64,000 nucleotides of DNA from the human T2T-CHM13v2.0 reference genome, Homo sapiens. Location of the stretch: NCBI RefSeq assembly GCF_009914755.1, contig NC_060933.1; one strand, given 5' to 3'. The notes beneath the pieces were generated by a model. It saw only the letters and a program-made list of their open reading frames with translations, was not told the DNA's origin and did not search any database. Of this stretch, positions 39,233 through 56,803 are shown piece after piece. A program made the position numbers and the translations under genes. How positions within the stretch are numbered: position 1 is the stretch's first letter; every line of letters starts with the position of its first letter.

Positions 39233-39257
39233 GTATCCTTTAAAAAGCTGAAAATGG

Positions 39258-39541
39258 GGCCGGGTGCGGTGGCTCATGCCTATAGTCCCAACACTTTGGG
39301 AGGCCGAGGCAGGTGGGCCACAAGGTCAGGAGATTGAGACCACCCTGGCTAACACGGTGAAACCCCATCTCTACTAAAAAATACAAAAAAAACATAGCCG
39401 GGCGTGGTGGCGGGTGCCTGCAATCCCACCTACTTGGGAGGCTGAGGCAGGAGAATGGCGTGAAACCGGGAGGTGGAGCTCTCAGTGAGCCGAGATGGCA
39501 CCACTGCACTCCAGCCTGGGCGACAGAGCAAGACTCCATCT

Positions 39542-39572
<31 letters not shown>
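39258..39572 (+). mobile_element. AluY inside the U12 intron
   Basis: TSD aaaaagctgaaaatg at 39242-39256 and 39568-39582. Confidence 0.95.
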
Positions 39573-39575
<3 letters not shown>

Positions 39576-39725
39576 GAAAATGAAATTGACTGAGTTATTT
39601 TTTTCTAGGAATTTTTTTAAAGACTCAAATTTAGTTCAACACCTACTTATTAAATACCAGATATGTACAAAACCCTGGGCCAAATTAAATGAATATGACT
39701 GTTTCAATTCTACAGTAGTTAAGAG

Positions 39726-39748
39726 GTGTGTGTGTGTGTGTGTGTGTG
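39726..39748 (+). repeat. (GT)n microsatellite
   Basis: Direct reading. Confidence 0.9.
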
Positions 39749-40034
39749 CGCACGCACGTGCCCTCAAGTAACTAATAGAAAGCAGATTTTGGGAGTTGCC
39801 AAAAAAGGAGTACAAAGACTTAATGTGGCATAGTGATTAAGTGCCCAGATTTTGGAGTTGGGCGATCCAATTTTAAATGTCAACTCTACTGCTTGTAAGT
39901 TACAAACTGGACAATTTAATCTGTTCAAGCTAGAACTGTATCATCTCTTAAGATTCAGTTTTCCGGGATCACAGGGCTTGGGTAAAGTTAAACATTATCA
40001 GTAAATCTTCTGATAAACATGGCAAGAATTTCTC

Positions 40035-40153
40035 TTTTGTTTAGAGACAGGGGTCTCGCCAACTTAGCCAGGCTGGTCTCAAACTCCTAGGCTCAATCCC
40101 ACCTCGGCCTGCTCAAGTGCTGGGATTAGAGACATGAGCCACTGCTCTCGGCC
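40035..40153 (-). mobile_element. Alu left monomer (FLAM-like)
   Basis: gagacagggg...agtgctgggatta...gagccact. Confidence 0.85.
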
Positions 40154-41194
40154 CCAGAATTGTATCATCTCTAAAATCTCTAAAATATAGTTAATATTAC
40201 CTTCTCATAGTGTTGGGAGAATTATATATAACCATATAGTTATATATATCCACAAGTATATATATATATATATATATGTACATAATATATAATATATAGT
40301 TGTTTGTTGTTTATATGGTTCTACCTTGAATATCTGGGCAGCAAAGGGAGGTAAACTAAGTAAGATCCTGAGAAGTTTGACTTCCAAGCTCATCCATGTT
40401 TTAGCCATTTCAACTCCATTATATGTCTACAAAGATGATACTTATGTCTCATCTTATTGTTTACTTTTAGTTTGATTACAGGAGGCAGCAAGCAGCTGTT
40501 GAGAACATGTGTTGTGAAGTTGTAACAGATATTTCCTTAAAAGTTGTTTCCTATTCCCTTCTTTGACCCATTCAAGGATGTCTCTGCCTGGAGAACTAGA
40601 TCCTGACTCAGTGGCAGCATAGGTTCTCCCCCAGGGTGGTGCTGAACTTCAGCTCAGAAGCAGCCTGGACCCCATCTTACCTCCAGATAAGGTGTTTTAG
40701 GTACTCTGTTGCCAGTGTTAGTGCAACTTAGTTTAAAAATAGAGGACTTGTTCACAGTATGCTCTAAGTCTCACACTGGAGTTTTGTGCAACATAAAGTA
40801 GGTGATTTTGGAGCAGAGCGAAGTCTAGAAATTTGCCTTAAATTATTTGTGGTACTCTAGAGAACGTGGTATGTGTATGTGTGTATGTGTGTTTGAATAT
40901 AGGAACTAGTTCATTGAACGTTAGATTGTTCTAAGACCAGAATTAGATTAAAAATGCATAACATATTAAGTATTAAAAAGTGTTTATATTGTATATGAAT
41001 TTTTTGCGGTAAGTTTAGCTTGGCATTTTAGGTTTTAATTGATGCTTAATCTGTTAAAATGATGTACTGTATTTTAAAGTATTCTAATTGTGCTTTTTTG
41101 TACCATCTTCAGTATGAAAAATGTCAGTATTTAGTTCCTTTCTCAGGCACAATTAGATTTTTATTGACATTGTTTTCCCCCTTAACTCATGTAA

Positions 41195-41317
<123 letters not shown>

Positions 41318-41487
41318 GTTTAAGTCCACTGAAAGTCTCTAAGGAAGTATCCTCTTGCTGCTAAACTTGGTACAAGTTGACTACCAAAAAAAAAAAAAGC
41401 TTACTTTTGGAGTTTACCTAAAATTTCTGAATGTTATAATTTTTGTGGCCTCTTTTAAGAATGATATTTTAAAATAGTAAATAGTTC

Positions 41488-41535
41488 AATAAATGGTTTG
41501 CATATTAAAAAGTACCATCTTCTTTTCTTTTTATG
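41488..41535 (+). terminator. IFT74: IFT74 proximal polyadenylation signal
   Basis: AATAAA at 41488-41493, ATTAAA at 41504-41509, then a U-rich tract (tcttttcttttt). Confidence 0.75.
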
Positions 41536-44500
41536 CTACTTGTATTTGAACCAAGAGATAAAGAAACTAAAAGTGACCGTTGAAATTTATTTAGCTGGTA
41601 TAATCCATCTATGGCAACAAATGAGATAAGCTTTTCTTGTATCAACTCTAGGACGGATGCATGGAGTATGATTCTGATTTAGCACTTAGATCAACCTTGT
41701 CAATTTTTACTTCTAGAAAAAATTAGTAAGATTAGAAGGGAGATTTTTAGCTTTGAATGTTACTTCTCAAATAGGTTATATTTGATGTGTATTAGACCAT
41801 ATAATGTCACAGGTAAATATATAACATATATTCTTTATATAGCAGTTATACCTAAAGATTTGGAATTAGAAACTTTTAATCTTTGCAATTCTTAAAATAT
41901 TTTTTCACATATATATACCTGGAAGAACATTAGGTAAAAGACTACATTTATAGTGGGCTGTTTTGGACTATGGCTACTGCTGTTCATTGCCACCCTGCAG
42001 TATGCATTTACTCTCTTGTACTATTAGGAGAACTTAAGTAGATTAATTTATAAACATTAGCCAGAATATTTGGGGAAAAAAGCTAGAAGAGGTAGGATTG
42101 GGAGAGAGGCATAGAGTCTGGAAGACATTATATTAACTGTAGATGTATCTTCTCTTATCGTGCAGGAATGAGTCACCTTGGCCAGCATAAAATATTACTT
42201 AAAACTATCCTGTTTTTGCTCTGATATCATGTTCACTAAGTAACTCTACTTTTCAGTATTTCTGAAACAACACATTGATTTCTTAAACCAAAATAGCTTT
42301 ATTGAGATATTATTTACATACTTTAAAATTTACTCATATATGTTGATTTTTAAAAATAAATATTTATAATGGTAAATTATTCAAATTCAGTCTATATACA
42401 TTTAAATAAAGGAGTGAGCATTGTTGAGTTTGCTGAACTCTGGATTACTAATATGGCTGAAGATCCTGGACATTCATTAAGGTAGCATTCATAAAATGTG
42501 TTCCATAAATCCTGAGCATCTTGAGTTATTAATAGTGTTATGCCTCCAAAGGATTCATGGTCAAAGAAGTTTGGGAAACGTTGTCTGAAACAAAGGTGAA
42601 TTATTTTATTTTTTCTTGACTGCTCATAACCCTTAATATGCTAATGTATAATAAGCTCAAGAAGAATATATACTGTAAAGCATTTCCCAGAGATAGTTGT
42701 CCACAAAACCCTAACTTTCACAGAGCCTAGGTCACATGAGATGTGTCATTCCAAGAAATAGACTTTGTACACCAAATAGACTTCATACACTAAAATAATT
42801 TCATCTACTCAAGTCCTCTGGGTGGCTCTATGGCCTTTTTCAGATGACTCCTGAGTATGTCTCTTTTTAGCCACCCTCAGCTGTTTTATGCTGTGATTGT
42901 ATGGGGTTTTCTATTGGAAATTGGTAGCAGAAAGTGCTTATAAAATTTCACAAGGGAAAAAAACTCTTTTAGCAGTTAAAGAGAATGAAATCTGAAATTC
43001 AGTAGATAAAACAGGTAATAGATTTTGATGACAGTTTGCAGCCCTTCGTTCATTCATAAAGTATTACTGTAATTTGGTGATTAGGAGCCTTTATGGATAT
43101 ACCCGACTGCTGAAAAACATTCATCTTTTATACAGTAACAAACAGAGGTATGATTGAGCATAGAGTTTAGGCAAGAGAACTGACTACTATGGTCTCTTAA
43201 TCACATTGATTCTATTTCGTGGATACTTCCAAGGAGGAAGGGAATCTGGAAAACATGTTTGTGGATAGGTAATCTTTGTTTTCCTCATTTGAAAGCAAAT
43301 TTAAATGCCTTTACTTTTTCCTTAGGTTTTTTTTTATGATTTCTACTTAAGTGTTCTTGACATTTTACTGCACCCTTTTAAATAACCAACTTAGTAATTT
43401 TTACTATTAGTAATAAGGGTTTTTTTCTGAGTGGTGGGATTATGGGTGATTGTAATCTTCCTTGGGCTTTTTGGTATTTTCAAAATTGTCTGTGATGTAC
43501 ATTTAATACTTAGAAATGCAATAAAATTCAAATAAAGTACTATATGCAGTTACTACTTTAACTGACAGAAAGGATGTAGTAAAAACTCTTAAGTCCTTGA
43601 CTCTAGAACTGAACCAATCTTTACGCAGAAAGAAAGTAGGAGGAAGATTGGCCTGTCCATTAAATATATGTGTTTGCATTATAACAATGGGAAATTTGGC
43701 AGGAAAAAAATTTCTTGACAAAAAGCAAGGCTTTCAATTTCCATCCTAATTTATTCATATGTAATATTGGTGGGGGGCAAATAATTGAGCAGGATTTCTT
43801 TAAATTAAAACATGTTTTATCTGAGGGAAATTCTCACTAATGTCTCTCTTCCTTCCTCTGAGAGCCTTTCCACAAATCCAACAAGAATATTCTCTTTACT
43901 GGGATAGAACTGGAGGCTAATAGCTGCATGAACTGGCTCTTCCTGAGTCAGTCACATTACTCAGGGGGTTCCATTCATGCTAAAATAACACCTTGTAAGT
44001 CACATGGAAAGAAGCTGCAGACTGAACAAACATGCTGAGCAGTTTTACTAGTGAAGATCAACATGGGAAAGTTAGCAAGTCTTTGTTTTTCCCATCCTTA
44101 TCTTTTATCAGTAAATAAACATGAGTTCTTGATATTCTTTTTCCTGTGGAGCCCCTCGTTTGGACAATACTATAGTCTCATTTTAAGGTACAAAATTCAG
44201 TGCCTGCTTAGAGGATTACAGCATGGAGTAATCATATTCACACCAGAGATGAAAGGCCAGTTAGTAGTAGTTCCAGGGGTTTTTGCTGTTCCCTTGCTCA
44301 GTTTCTCTAGACTTCTTTCCTTTTGCTATACAATTGCAGTGTAAACAACCTTAGGGAAATTATAATGTTTAGACTCAAAGTAAGAAGAAATAAAGATGGA
44401 CCACTAGAGAATTGTAGTAATCTATTTTTAAATTGATATTGTGTCTCATTTTTGTATAACTTTTGAAATAAAAGTAGATTATGTCTTAAAATTGTAAGTT

Positions 44501-45513
44501 TACAGTTTGATAACTGAAAAACATTTTTAAAAAGGCAATTTTTAATACAAAGGTAGATAATTTAGGAAGACAGATAAATAAAATGAAGAAAGTAAGTTAC
44601 TTGTGATCTCACCAGTCTTTTTAGATACGCATCTATATTTATGTCACACATATCTGTTTTATTTATGTATTTATGCACCTTTAATTAAATTAAAATTATA
44701 TTGTTTTTAATTTTACATTTGCTATTTGTAATTTAGCACACATTTTTGTATGTCATTATATACTGTTGTACAACATGTTAAATTGTTGCATATTATTTCA
44801 TTGTGCAAAACTTTCAAAAACAAATCCTACATTATCGAATGAGATTTATGATATAGAGGTTACATGTAAGCTTTAGATCAGATAGCTGGAAATGTGAATC
44901 CCAGCTTCACCACTGATTTGTTATATGACCTTGGAAAGCTGGTCTCACAATTTCAGTTTCTTCGTCTACAAATGGAATAATAATGCTTAACTCATAAGAT
45001 TGGTTCAAAGAGTATGCAGAACCCAAGACGTGTGACACAAATCGTCCTGGGAAAGGTGTCATTATTAGCAGTATGCAAAACTGATTGTTTCCCTGCACTC
45101 TCACCAACACTGGTGTTAACCAGGCTGACAGTGCACTACCTCATTTGTTTTACTTAAAAAAAACTGCCGCATTACTGCAATTAGAAGCTATATTTTAATT
45201 TGCAAGATGTTTTCATATCAAAAATTACAAAGTCTGATTCTTAAAAATCTCTTTAAAAATATTCATTATAGCTTTGTCATATACATCGAAAGCAAATTTT
45301 TAGAATATATTAGATCATACTTTACTGCCTCAATATTTTTCCTCATAATGTATCGTAATGAATTGCTGCTCTGAAAACCTGACTGCATAACTTTAAGAGA
45401 AATAGGAATAACCTGTGTAAGAATAATCTACTCAGTAACCAAGGCTGTATTGTTTGTTCATTGTCTCTAGCCTCCTGCAAGTCAAGTGGTTGCACATAAA
45501 GAACAAGTATGTC

Positions 45514-45808
<295 letters not shown>

Positions 45809-47269
45809 TCACAGGATGGAAAAGAAATACCCATTTATTTATTGGGGAGTCCAGTATACAAGAGGGTTTGGAGAAAGCATGAGTCAGAAGTTGAGTTGTC
45901 TACTACCTAAAAAAAGGCTCAGGCACACTACAGAAAGCTTTCTACAAGAGAAAAAAAAAAAAAACATAAAATGAGGTTTTCAAAATTCTGTTTTCTTTCA
46001 AAATATTTTGTAAAACAATATTCTTAACATGATAACAATATGGTAATACCATGTAAGAAAGGCAGACTTAATCAATTAAAATTACTTTTGGCAGAGGGTG
46101 GAGAAAGAACTATTATTAAATTGGCCATTTAAGATTAGAAGACAATAGCTGAGCCAACTAACCAAACTGAAATATTATCTCATTCTCTGTGTTATCATTT
46201 TCAGTAGATAAACTCCCTCTAATAGAGGAAGTCCAGATTGACATGAAGGTGAAAATATTTGTTAAAATCCATAAGCTCAATCTGATTTTTTTTTTAAACC
46301 AAAGGAAAATATACTTCATTGTTAAAAGCATTTCTAGGTCTTTAATTAGCTTCTTGTTAAAATGAACTCACTTTAGTTTACTGGGTGGGGAGAGGGCTGC
46401 CTTAGAGTTTGGCCAGCCCCAACCCTGTCCCTCCCCGCCAAGGACAAAGCAGGGACCTTGTGTCTGAGGATCAGGGGAAATGGTTAAGAAGGAGAGGAAA
46501 AGAAAATTGCTTTTCCAGCTTTTTCAACTTCCTATGTAGCCTATAGAGAAAAGCAAGAATCCCTTTGGGAGGAAATAACAAAAGTGCCAACAATAGATAG
46601 ATGTATGAAGCCTGCATCCCTGCAGTGTACTGGAGCTCTTACCCTTATAATGGCCTTTATCGGAAGGCCAAATGCACATTTACTATAAACTGGTCCTATC
46701 TTCCTGGGAGCCTCTCCCCTTAAAGTCATTCCTTGGCTCACTTCCTTCTTCTGCCAGAAATATCAAAGTCAGAGAAGGGGATAAAAGCTGTAAAAGTCCA
46801 GCTGCCTTGTTTCCTTTTCCTATGGCACAGTTGAGGTAGCCAGTTAGGTAACAGGTGTTCATAAAAAGACCTCAAGAAACAGTTAATTGAAGAGTGTCAG
46901 GTAATAAGGTAAGCAAGCCTCTTACAAAATCACTTGCCACTGTATTATGTCTAAAGGGCTCCACTTGAGCAGAAACCAAACCAAAAAAGGCTCTAAGAAA
47001 TTTACCTTAAAATTCTGTCCGGAACCTTTTCATTGAACATAGGTTGAATGTCTAATATGGGTTTGCCTAACCACACACTTTGATTTGTCAAATATTTAAT
47101 TCCAACAATACTTCATGACCTCACTGTGCACTGCCATCCACATCTCCAATAATCACAAGCATAGCAGGCATTGATGCCATAGCTCTTAATTGTCTTAGGA
47201 ATTAAGACAGGCGGCATCAGTACCTGCTAAGCTTGTTGATGAAAAGAATTGTTAAAAAGAGTTTATCAG

Positions 47270-48398
<1,129 letters not shown>

Positions 48399-48399
48399 T

Positions 48400-48972
48400 C
48401 GGCCTCTTTCATCGTAACTAAGCACTTACTACACACTGGCCATAACTTTTGCAGTATGAGGCGTGACAGCAAAACTATCATGAATTTCTTTTCTTTTTCA
48501 CAATTTCATGCATAGAAGATTCATTCTTACAGTAGATGTGAGCATACAATTTTTTTTTTGAGAACTTTCACCTTTTCACTTAAAGGAAACACTTTGTGGC
48601 TTTTCTTTGACATATCTGAATTGCCAGCATCACTACTCTTGTGTTTGGGGGCCATTATTAAGTAAAACAAAGGCAGTTTGAACACAGGCACTGTCATAAG
48701 ACAGTGAATTGGATAATTGAGGAGGCTACTGAAGTGTCTAACAAGAGGGTCAGGTCTACAGCATGGGTACACTGGACAAAGGGATGATTCATGTCCTGGG
48801 TGGGAAGGAGTAGGATGGTGCGAGATTTCATTATACTACTCAGAACGGTGCACAAAGTAAAACCTGTGAATTATTTATTTCTGAGATTTTCCATGTAATG
48901 TTTTTGGACTGCAGTTGACCTTGGGTAACTGAAACCATGGAAAGCAAAACCGAAGCTAAGGGGAGACTACTG
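48400..48972 (-). mobile_element. MER44/Tigger7 fragment
   Basis: TIR gggagactactg; minus ORF contains MAPKHKSSDAGNSDMSKKSHKVFPLSEKVKVL (Tigger N-terminus). Confidence 0.85.
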
Positions 48973-49556
48973 TTGTCAAGGAAATGTAGCATATGAAAGG
49001 GCACAGGAGTTTGAATCTGAAGCACCTCTTTTGCCTGCTAGCTGGAGGACTTTGAGCAAGTCATTCAGTTTCCCTGAGTCTATTTCCAGGGTTATGATGG
49101 GACCCCATGGCTATTGGAATCATCTCAAAGATCCCTATTTCTCAGGCTAATCTCAAATTGTGATAGTGACTTTGTGATTGGGATAACTATGTAATGAAAA
49201 TTTGATCAGACTACTTATTTTCCATAGGCTTCTATTTTGTCACTAGCTGTAGAGAATTAGGGTTTTCTATATATAAATCATGTCATCAGTAAACAGAGAC
49301 ACTTCTTGAATTTCTTCTTTTTCTATATGGATGCCTTTTTATTTTTATTTTTATTTTGCCTAATTACTCTGGCTAGGACTTCCAGTACTGTGTTGAACAG
49401 AAGTGATGAGAGTGAGCATCCTTGTTTTGTTCCTGATCTCTTAGAGGAAAAGCTTTTCACCATTGAGTTTAACGTTAGCTGTGGGAAAAGGGAGCTTTTT
49501 GAAGCTTATTAAAAAACAGTCCAGGTTTCGGTTCTCTGGCGATGGATGGTTGGATG

Positions 49557-49660
49557 GATATATATAAAATATAGACACATATATATGAATATATGGATGG
49601 CTATATATGATATATATATCATATATATCATATATATATATATATGGAGAGAGAGAGAAA
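49557..49660 (+). repeat. TA-rich / (GA)n low-complexity tract
   Basis: Direct reading. Confidence 0.85.
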
Positions 49661-50004
49661 AAGAGGGAGATGACCACATTTATTGGTGAAAACCAACCAA
49701 CTTGCCCTTCTGTAAACATAATTCAGCAAGAGTTATTTGTGGAGTACCGGAATTGGTGAGAATTTCGATAGCTTTTCTGTTATAACGCTTTTGCCAACTG
49801 CAGCAATTGATTCAGGTTTTTCTCGTCTTTTACTGTCATCGAGGGAAAATCTGTTGAGATTCATCATTTAAGCTCCCATATGTTAAGCCTCTTTCCCAGG
49901 ATCAATGATTTGCTTTTTTCTAGACAAACGTTTTGTTTTGTTTTGTTTTTTAGATAAAATGACCATTGCTTCTCTAAAGGAAGTATGCAAAGAAAAGTAA
50001 AATG

Positions 50005-50360
<356 letters not shown>

Positions 50361-50604
50361 CTATAGTTGTCAGTCATTTAAATCTCTGTGTGCTGCCTTT
50401 GGAACATGGGGGACATAATGATCTACTCTTATAGAATAAGATGCTGATTAAATAGATAATGCTTTTAAAATATTTTGAATTAAAGATATTTTAATGTGTA
50501 AGTATACTGCAACTCATTTAAACAAATCTACTTGGTAGTGAAGCTATCTGATTGTACGGGAAAAAATATTGCCCTTATGATTTAGAACAGTGCGTGCAAT
50601 ATGA

Positions 50605-50920
<316 letters not shown>

Positions 50921-50947
50921 CAAATCTGTAAATTTTAAACTTTAAAC

Positions 50948-51740
<793 letters not shown>

Positions 51741-54700
51741 GCTGGATATGAAATTCTTGGTTGAAATTTTTTTTCTTTAAGAATGTTGAAAATAGTCTCC
51801 CTGTCTCTTCTGGCTTGTAGGGTTTCAGCTGAGAGGTCTGCTGTTAGCCTGATGGGAATCAGTTTGTAGGTGACCGGCCCTTTCTCTCCAGTTGCCTTTA
51901 ATATTTTTTCTTTCATTTCGACCATGGAAAATCTGACAATTATGTCAGATTTTCCTGGGGGATGATTTTCTTGTGTAGAATCTTGCAGGAGTTCTCTGTA
52001 TTTCCTGAATTTGACTGTTGGCCTCTGTAGCAACGTTGAGGAAGTTTTCATGGATGATATCCTGAAATATATTTTCCAAGTTGTTTGCTTTCTCCCCCTG
52101 CCTTTCAGGGATGCCAGTGATTCATAGATTTGGCCTATTTACATAATCCCATACCTCTCAGGGGTTTTGTTCTTTCTTTTTTTTCCTTGTTTTTGTCCGA
52201 CTGTCTTATTTCAGAGAACCGATCTTCAAGTTTGGAGATTCTTTCCTTAGCTTGGTGTATTCTGCTGTTTGTAGTTGTGATTGCATTGCAAAATTCTTGT
52301 GTTATTAAGCTCTGTCAGACCCATTATGTTCTTTTTTGTACCAACTATTTTGTCCTTCAGCTCCTGTATCACTTTATTGTGATGCTTATTTTCCTTGGAT
52401 TGGGTTTTGCCATCCTCCTGAATCTCAGTGATCTTTGTTCCTGTCCATATTCTGAATTCTATTTCTGTCATTTCAGCCAGTTCGGCCTGGTTAAGAACTC
52501 TTGGAGAACTGGTTTGGTCATTAGTAGAATATGTGACACCCTGGCCATTTGAGTCACTGGAGTTCTTGTATTGGTTCTTTCTCACCTCTGTGCGTGGGTG
52601 TTACTTTAACTGCAGTGTAGATAGAGTATAACCAATAGACTTCTTTTCTGGATGTTTTCACAGGGCTGAGGCTTTGTGTAGCTATGCTTTTTATTTGAAG
52701 CTGACTTCTTATCTTTGGTTTCAGAGGGAAATATGTTAATAAGGTATTTTTGGTATTGAAACTTTGGGGTGTGATCCAGTAGGTGACACTTAGGCTTATT
52801 GGTCAGTTGGTTGACTCTTGCCCAATTGTGTGGATTCCCTGTGTTTCCTCACAGTTGCAGCTGTGTTCCCTTTCAATGCTCTGAAAGTGTGAGTTCCACT
52901 CCCCCTTGAATGCTGGCTGTAGTTCACAACTTGGCACTCCTGGGCTGCCCACTGCCAGTCTGGGGTGATCTCAGTGTTTATGTTCCTTCCCCAGCTTAGA
53001 GGCAGAAGAGGAAGAGATTTTAGTAGTGGTTGTGCCAGGGGTCATTTGCTTGACTCATGGGGGCTCCACCCCAGAGGGATATAGGTCAGCAATCATTCAG
53101 TGCAATCAGCCCAACATGGAGGGTTTGTACAGGGCCCAAGCCAGGTGTTCCCTGTCTGGTGATGAGCTGTGGGGCATGTGTGGGACCCATGGGAGCAGAC
53201 TAGTCTCTGCTCCTTGGGTCAACTGCAGCTTGTTGGAGGTGTGGATAAGGCACTTAGGGTCTTTGTTCCTTCATTAGTCCAACGGTGGCAAGGGCAGTTC
53301 CACTGCAGAGGCAGTGGCAGAGAGGCTTTCAGTTGCCCTGGAGGCTCTGTCCATGGAGTTGCTGAGTTGGTACTGGTTTGATAGCTGTGGCAGGGGATGG
53401 CTGGAGGCCCAGGCCTGGTGGACCTGCCTGATGAGGACGTATGGGAATGGGCACCTACATAACAGTCCGGCCACTTTCTGTAGGGCTTCTGCAGTATGCT
53501 TGGGGCCTACTCCAGTCCCTAGTCACCTCAGATTTTCCAGAACCTGTGGGTCTCACCAGCGAAGCCTGCAAAACAGCAAAGATGGCAGCCTGTCCTCTCT
53601 GGGAGCTTTGTCCCAGATAGATACAGACCTCCTGTCAGCCCAAAGGCACCTGTAGGAAGTGGCTGGAGACCCTGATTGGGAGGTCTTGTCCAGGGAGGAG
53701 GAACAGGATCAGGACCTGCTTAAAAAAGCAGTCTGGCCACATTTTGGTAGAGCAGTCATGCTGTCCTGGGGGTTCATTGCAGCCCCCAGTCACCTCAGAC
53801 ACTTCAAAGCCCAAAGGCTGGAATGGCTAAGTTGCCCAAACAGCAAAGATGGTGGCTTGCTGATGTGGTTTGGTTGTGTCCCCACCCACATCTCATCTTG
53901 AATTCCCATGTGTTGTGGGAAGGACCTGGTGGGAGGTAATTGAATCACAGGAGCAAATCTTTCCTGTGCTTTTCTTGTCATAGTGAATAAGTCTCACAAG
54001 ATCTGATGGTTTTAAAAAGAGGCTTTCTCCTGCACAAGCTCTCTCATTTTTTGCCTTCTGCTATCCACGTAAGATGTGACTTGCTCTTCCTTGCCTTCCA
54101 CCATGACTGTGAGGCTTCCCCAGCCACATGGAACTGTAAGTCCAATTTAACCTCTTTCTTTTGTAAATTGCTCAGTCTTGGGTATGTCTTTATCAGCAGT
54201 GTGAAAATGGACTAATACACTTGCCCCACCCTCTGGGAGTGCTGTGCCAGGGGGATTCAGATCTCTGTCAGCTAGAAAGCTTGGGTCGGGGGTAGCTAGA
54301 GGCCCCTGCTGGGAGGTCCTGCCCAGCGGGGAGGAACGGGATTGGCCACCCAGTTAAAGCAGCAGTCTGTCCGTATTTTGGTAGAGCAGCTGTGCTGTGC
54401 TGGGGGATCCCCTTCTGCCCCGGGTTGGCTCAGACACTCCAAAGCCTGAAGGCTAGAACAGCTAAAGTGCCTGAACAGCAAAGATGGTGGCCCACCCCTC
54501 CCCCTGGAAACTCCTTCTTAGGGGGGTGCAATGCTGCTAGTGGCAGCTGGCTGCAATTCCAAGCCAACAGGTCTTATCTTGTGAGGTGCCATGAAAATGA
54601 GGCCTGCGGCCTGCCGCTGCTCAGCCCCCTGGATTCAGCCTCTTTCCTAGGGGTATGTACAATAGTCTAACCTCCCTCTTTGCCAGAGCTGCAGCTACTT

Positions 54701-55131
54701 TTGCCAGAAAGCTCAAGTATCTAAGCCTCCAGGGTCTCCACACGTGCCTTAGTGGCTGCTCTGCCAAGGTTCCATGTAGCTCTGTCTGTCAGACTGAAGA
54801 CAGAAGGCCCTGGTGGAGTGGGTTCACAAGGAGATCTGACTGACCCAAGGGTTGCAAAGATCTGTGGGAGAAGCATGGTCTCCCAGGGTTGCTCATTCAC
54901 TTACCACTTCCCTGGACAGAGGATACCCTGTCTTCATGTTGCTCCCAGGTGGCCATTATCCTGTCTTGCTTTTCTTCATTCTCTGTGGGTTGAGTTGTTC
55001 CCCTGATTAATGCCAATACGAGTACCTGGATGTTTCAGTTGAAGGTGTTGTATTTACTAGCCCTTTCTGTTCCTCTCCGTGAGAGCCATGTATACTAGCT
55101 GCTTCTAGCCAGCCATCTTGCCAACTGCCCC
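51741..55131 (-). mobile_element. Old primate L1 5'UTR + ORF1 (3' part missing)
   Basis: ORF1 peptides MRKNQYKNS...MTEIEFRIW and PIRLTADLSAETLQARR; 5' end reverse complement GGCAAGATGGCT. Confidence 0.88.
53861..54219 (+). mobile_element. THE1 solo LTR in L1 5'UTR
   Basis: tgatgtggtttgg...gactaataca; TSD cttgc. Confidence 0.92.
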
Positions 55132-55357
55132 TACATTCTTCTTTCATTCTAAGTCTTTGAGATCTGATGTGTATTTTACACCTGCAGCACATTTCAGTTC
55201 ACACTACGCACACTTAAGTGCTTGATGTTCACATACAGAGATTGGCTGCATGTGGGACAGTGTGGATTTAGAATTTAGAGCTTTCTATTCTTATTATAGC
55301 AAAGGGATGAGCCATCAAAGGAAGCCGAAGAGCAACTTTTGTTTGTTTGTTTGTTTT

Positions 55358-56077
<720 letters not shown>

Positions 56078-56280
56078 GTTTCTTTATTTTTCTACAAGCT
56101 CTTGTTACATGGTTCACTTATTTCAAGTTTTCTGATGGCTTTCAGACCAAAATAGATTATTCTGAAAGACACAGTGAGAGCAGCAACTAACTAGGCTGTA
56201 GGCAGTTTTGTTAAATAGAGGATATCTGTCTTGTAAGGAAAAAGAAAAAAACAATTTTCTTATGTGAAATTAGAGCCTAA

Positions 56281-56639
<359 letters not shown>

Positions 56640-56766
56640 TGGACATATTTTATTAAATAGTAATCTCAATTGGTTTATGAGGAAAATATTATATGTCTGT
56701 ATATATATAACAAATATATTTTATCGACTAGTAATATTAATTGGTTTATGAGGAAAATATTATATG

Positions 56767-56803
<37 letters not shown>

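Noticed and set aside
39229-39243. Prenylation motif at the retained-intron C-terminus (ECIL*)
   Set aside because: The Cys is third from the end, not fourth, so it is not a canonical CaaX.
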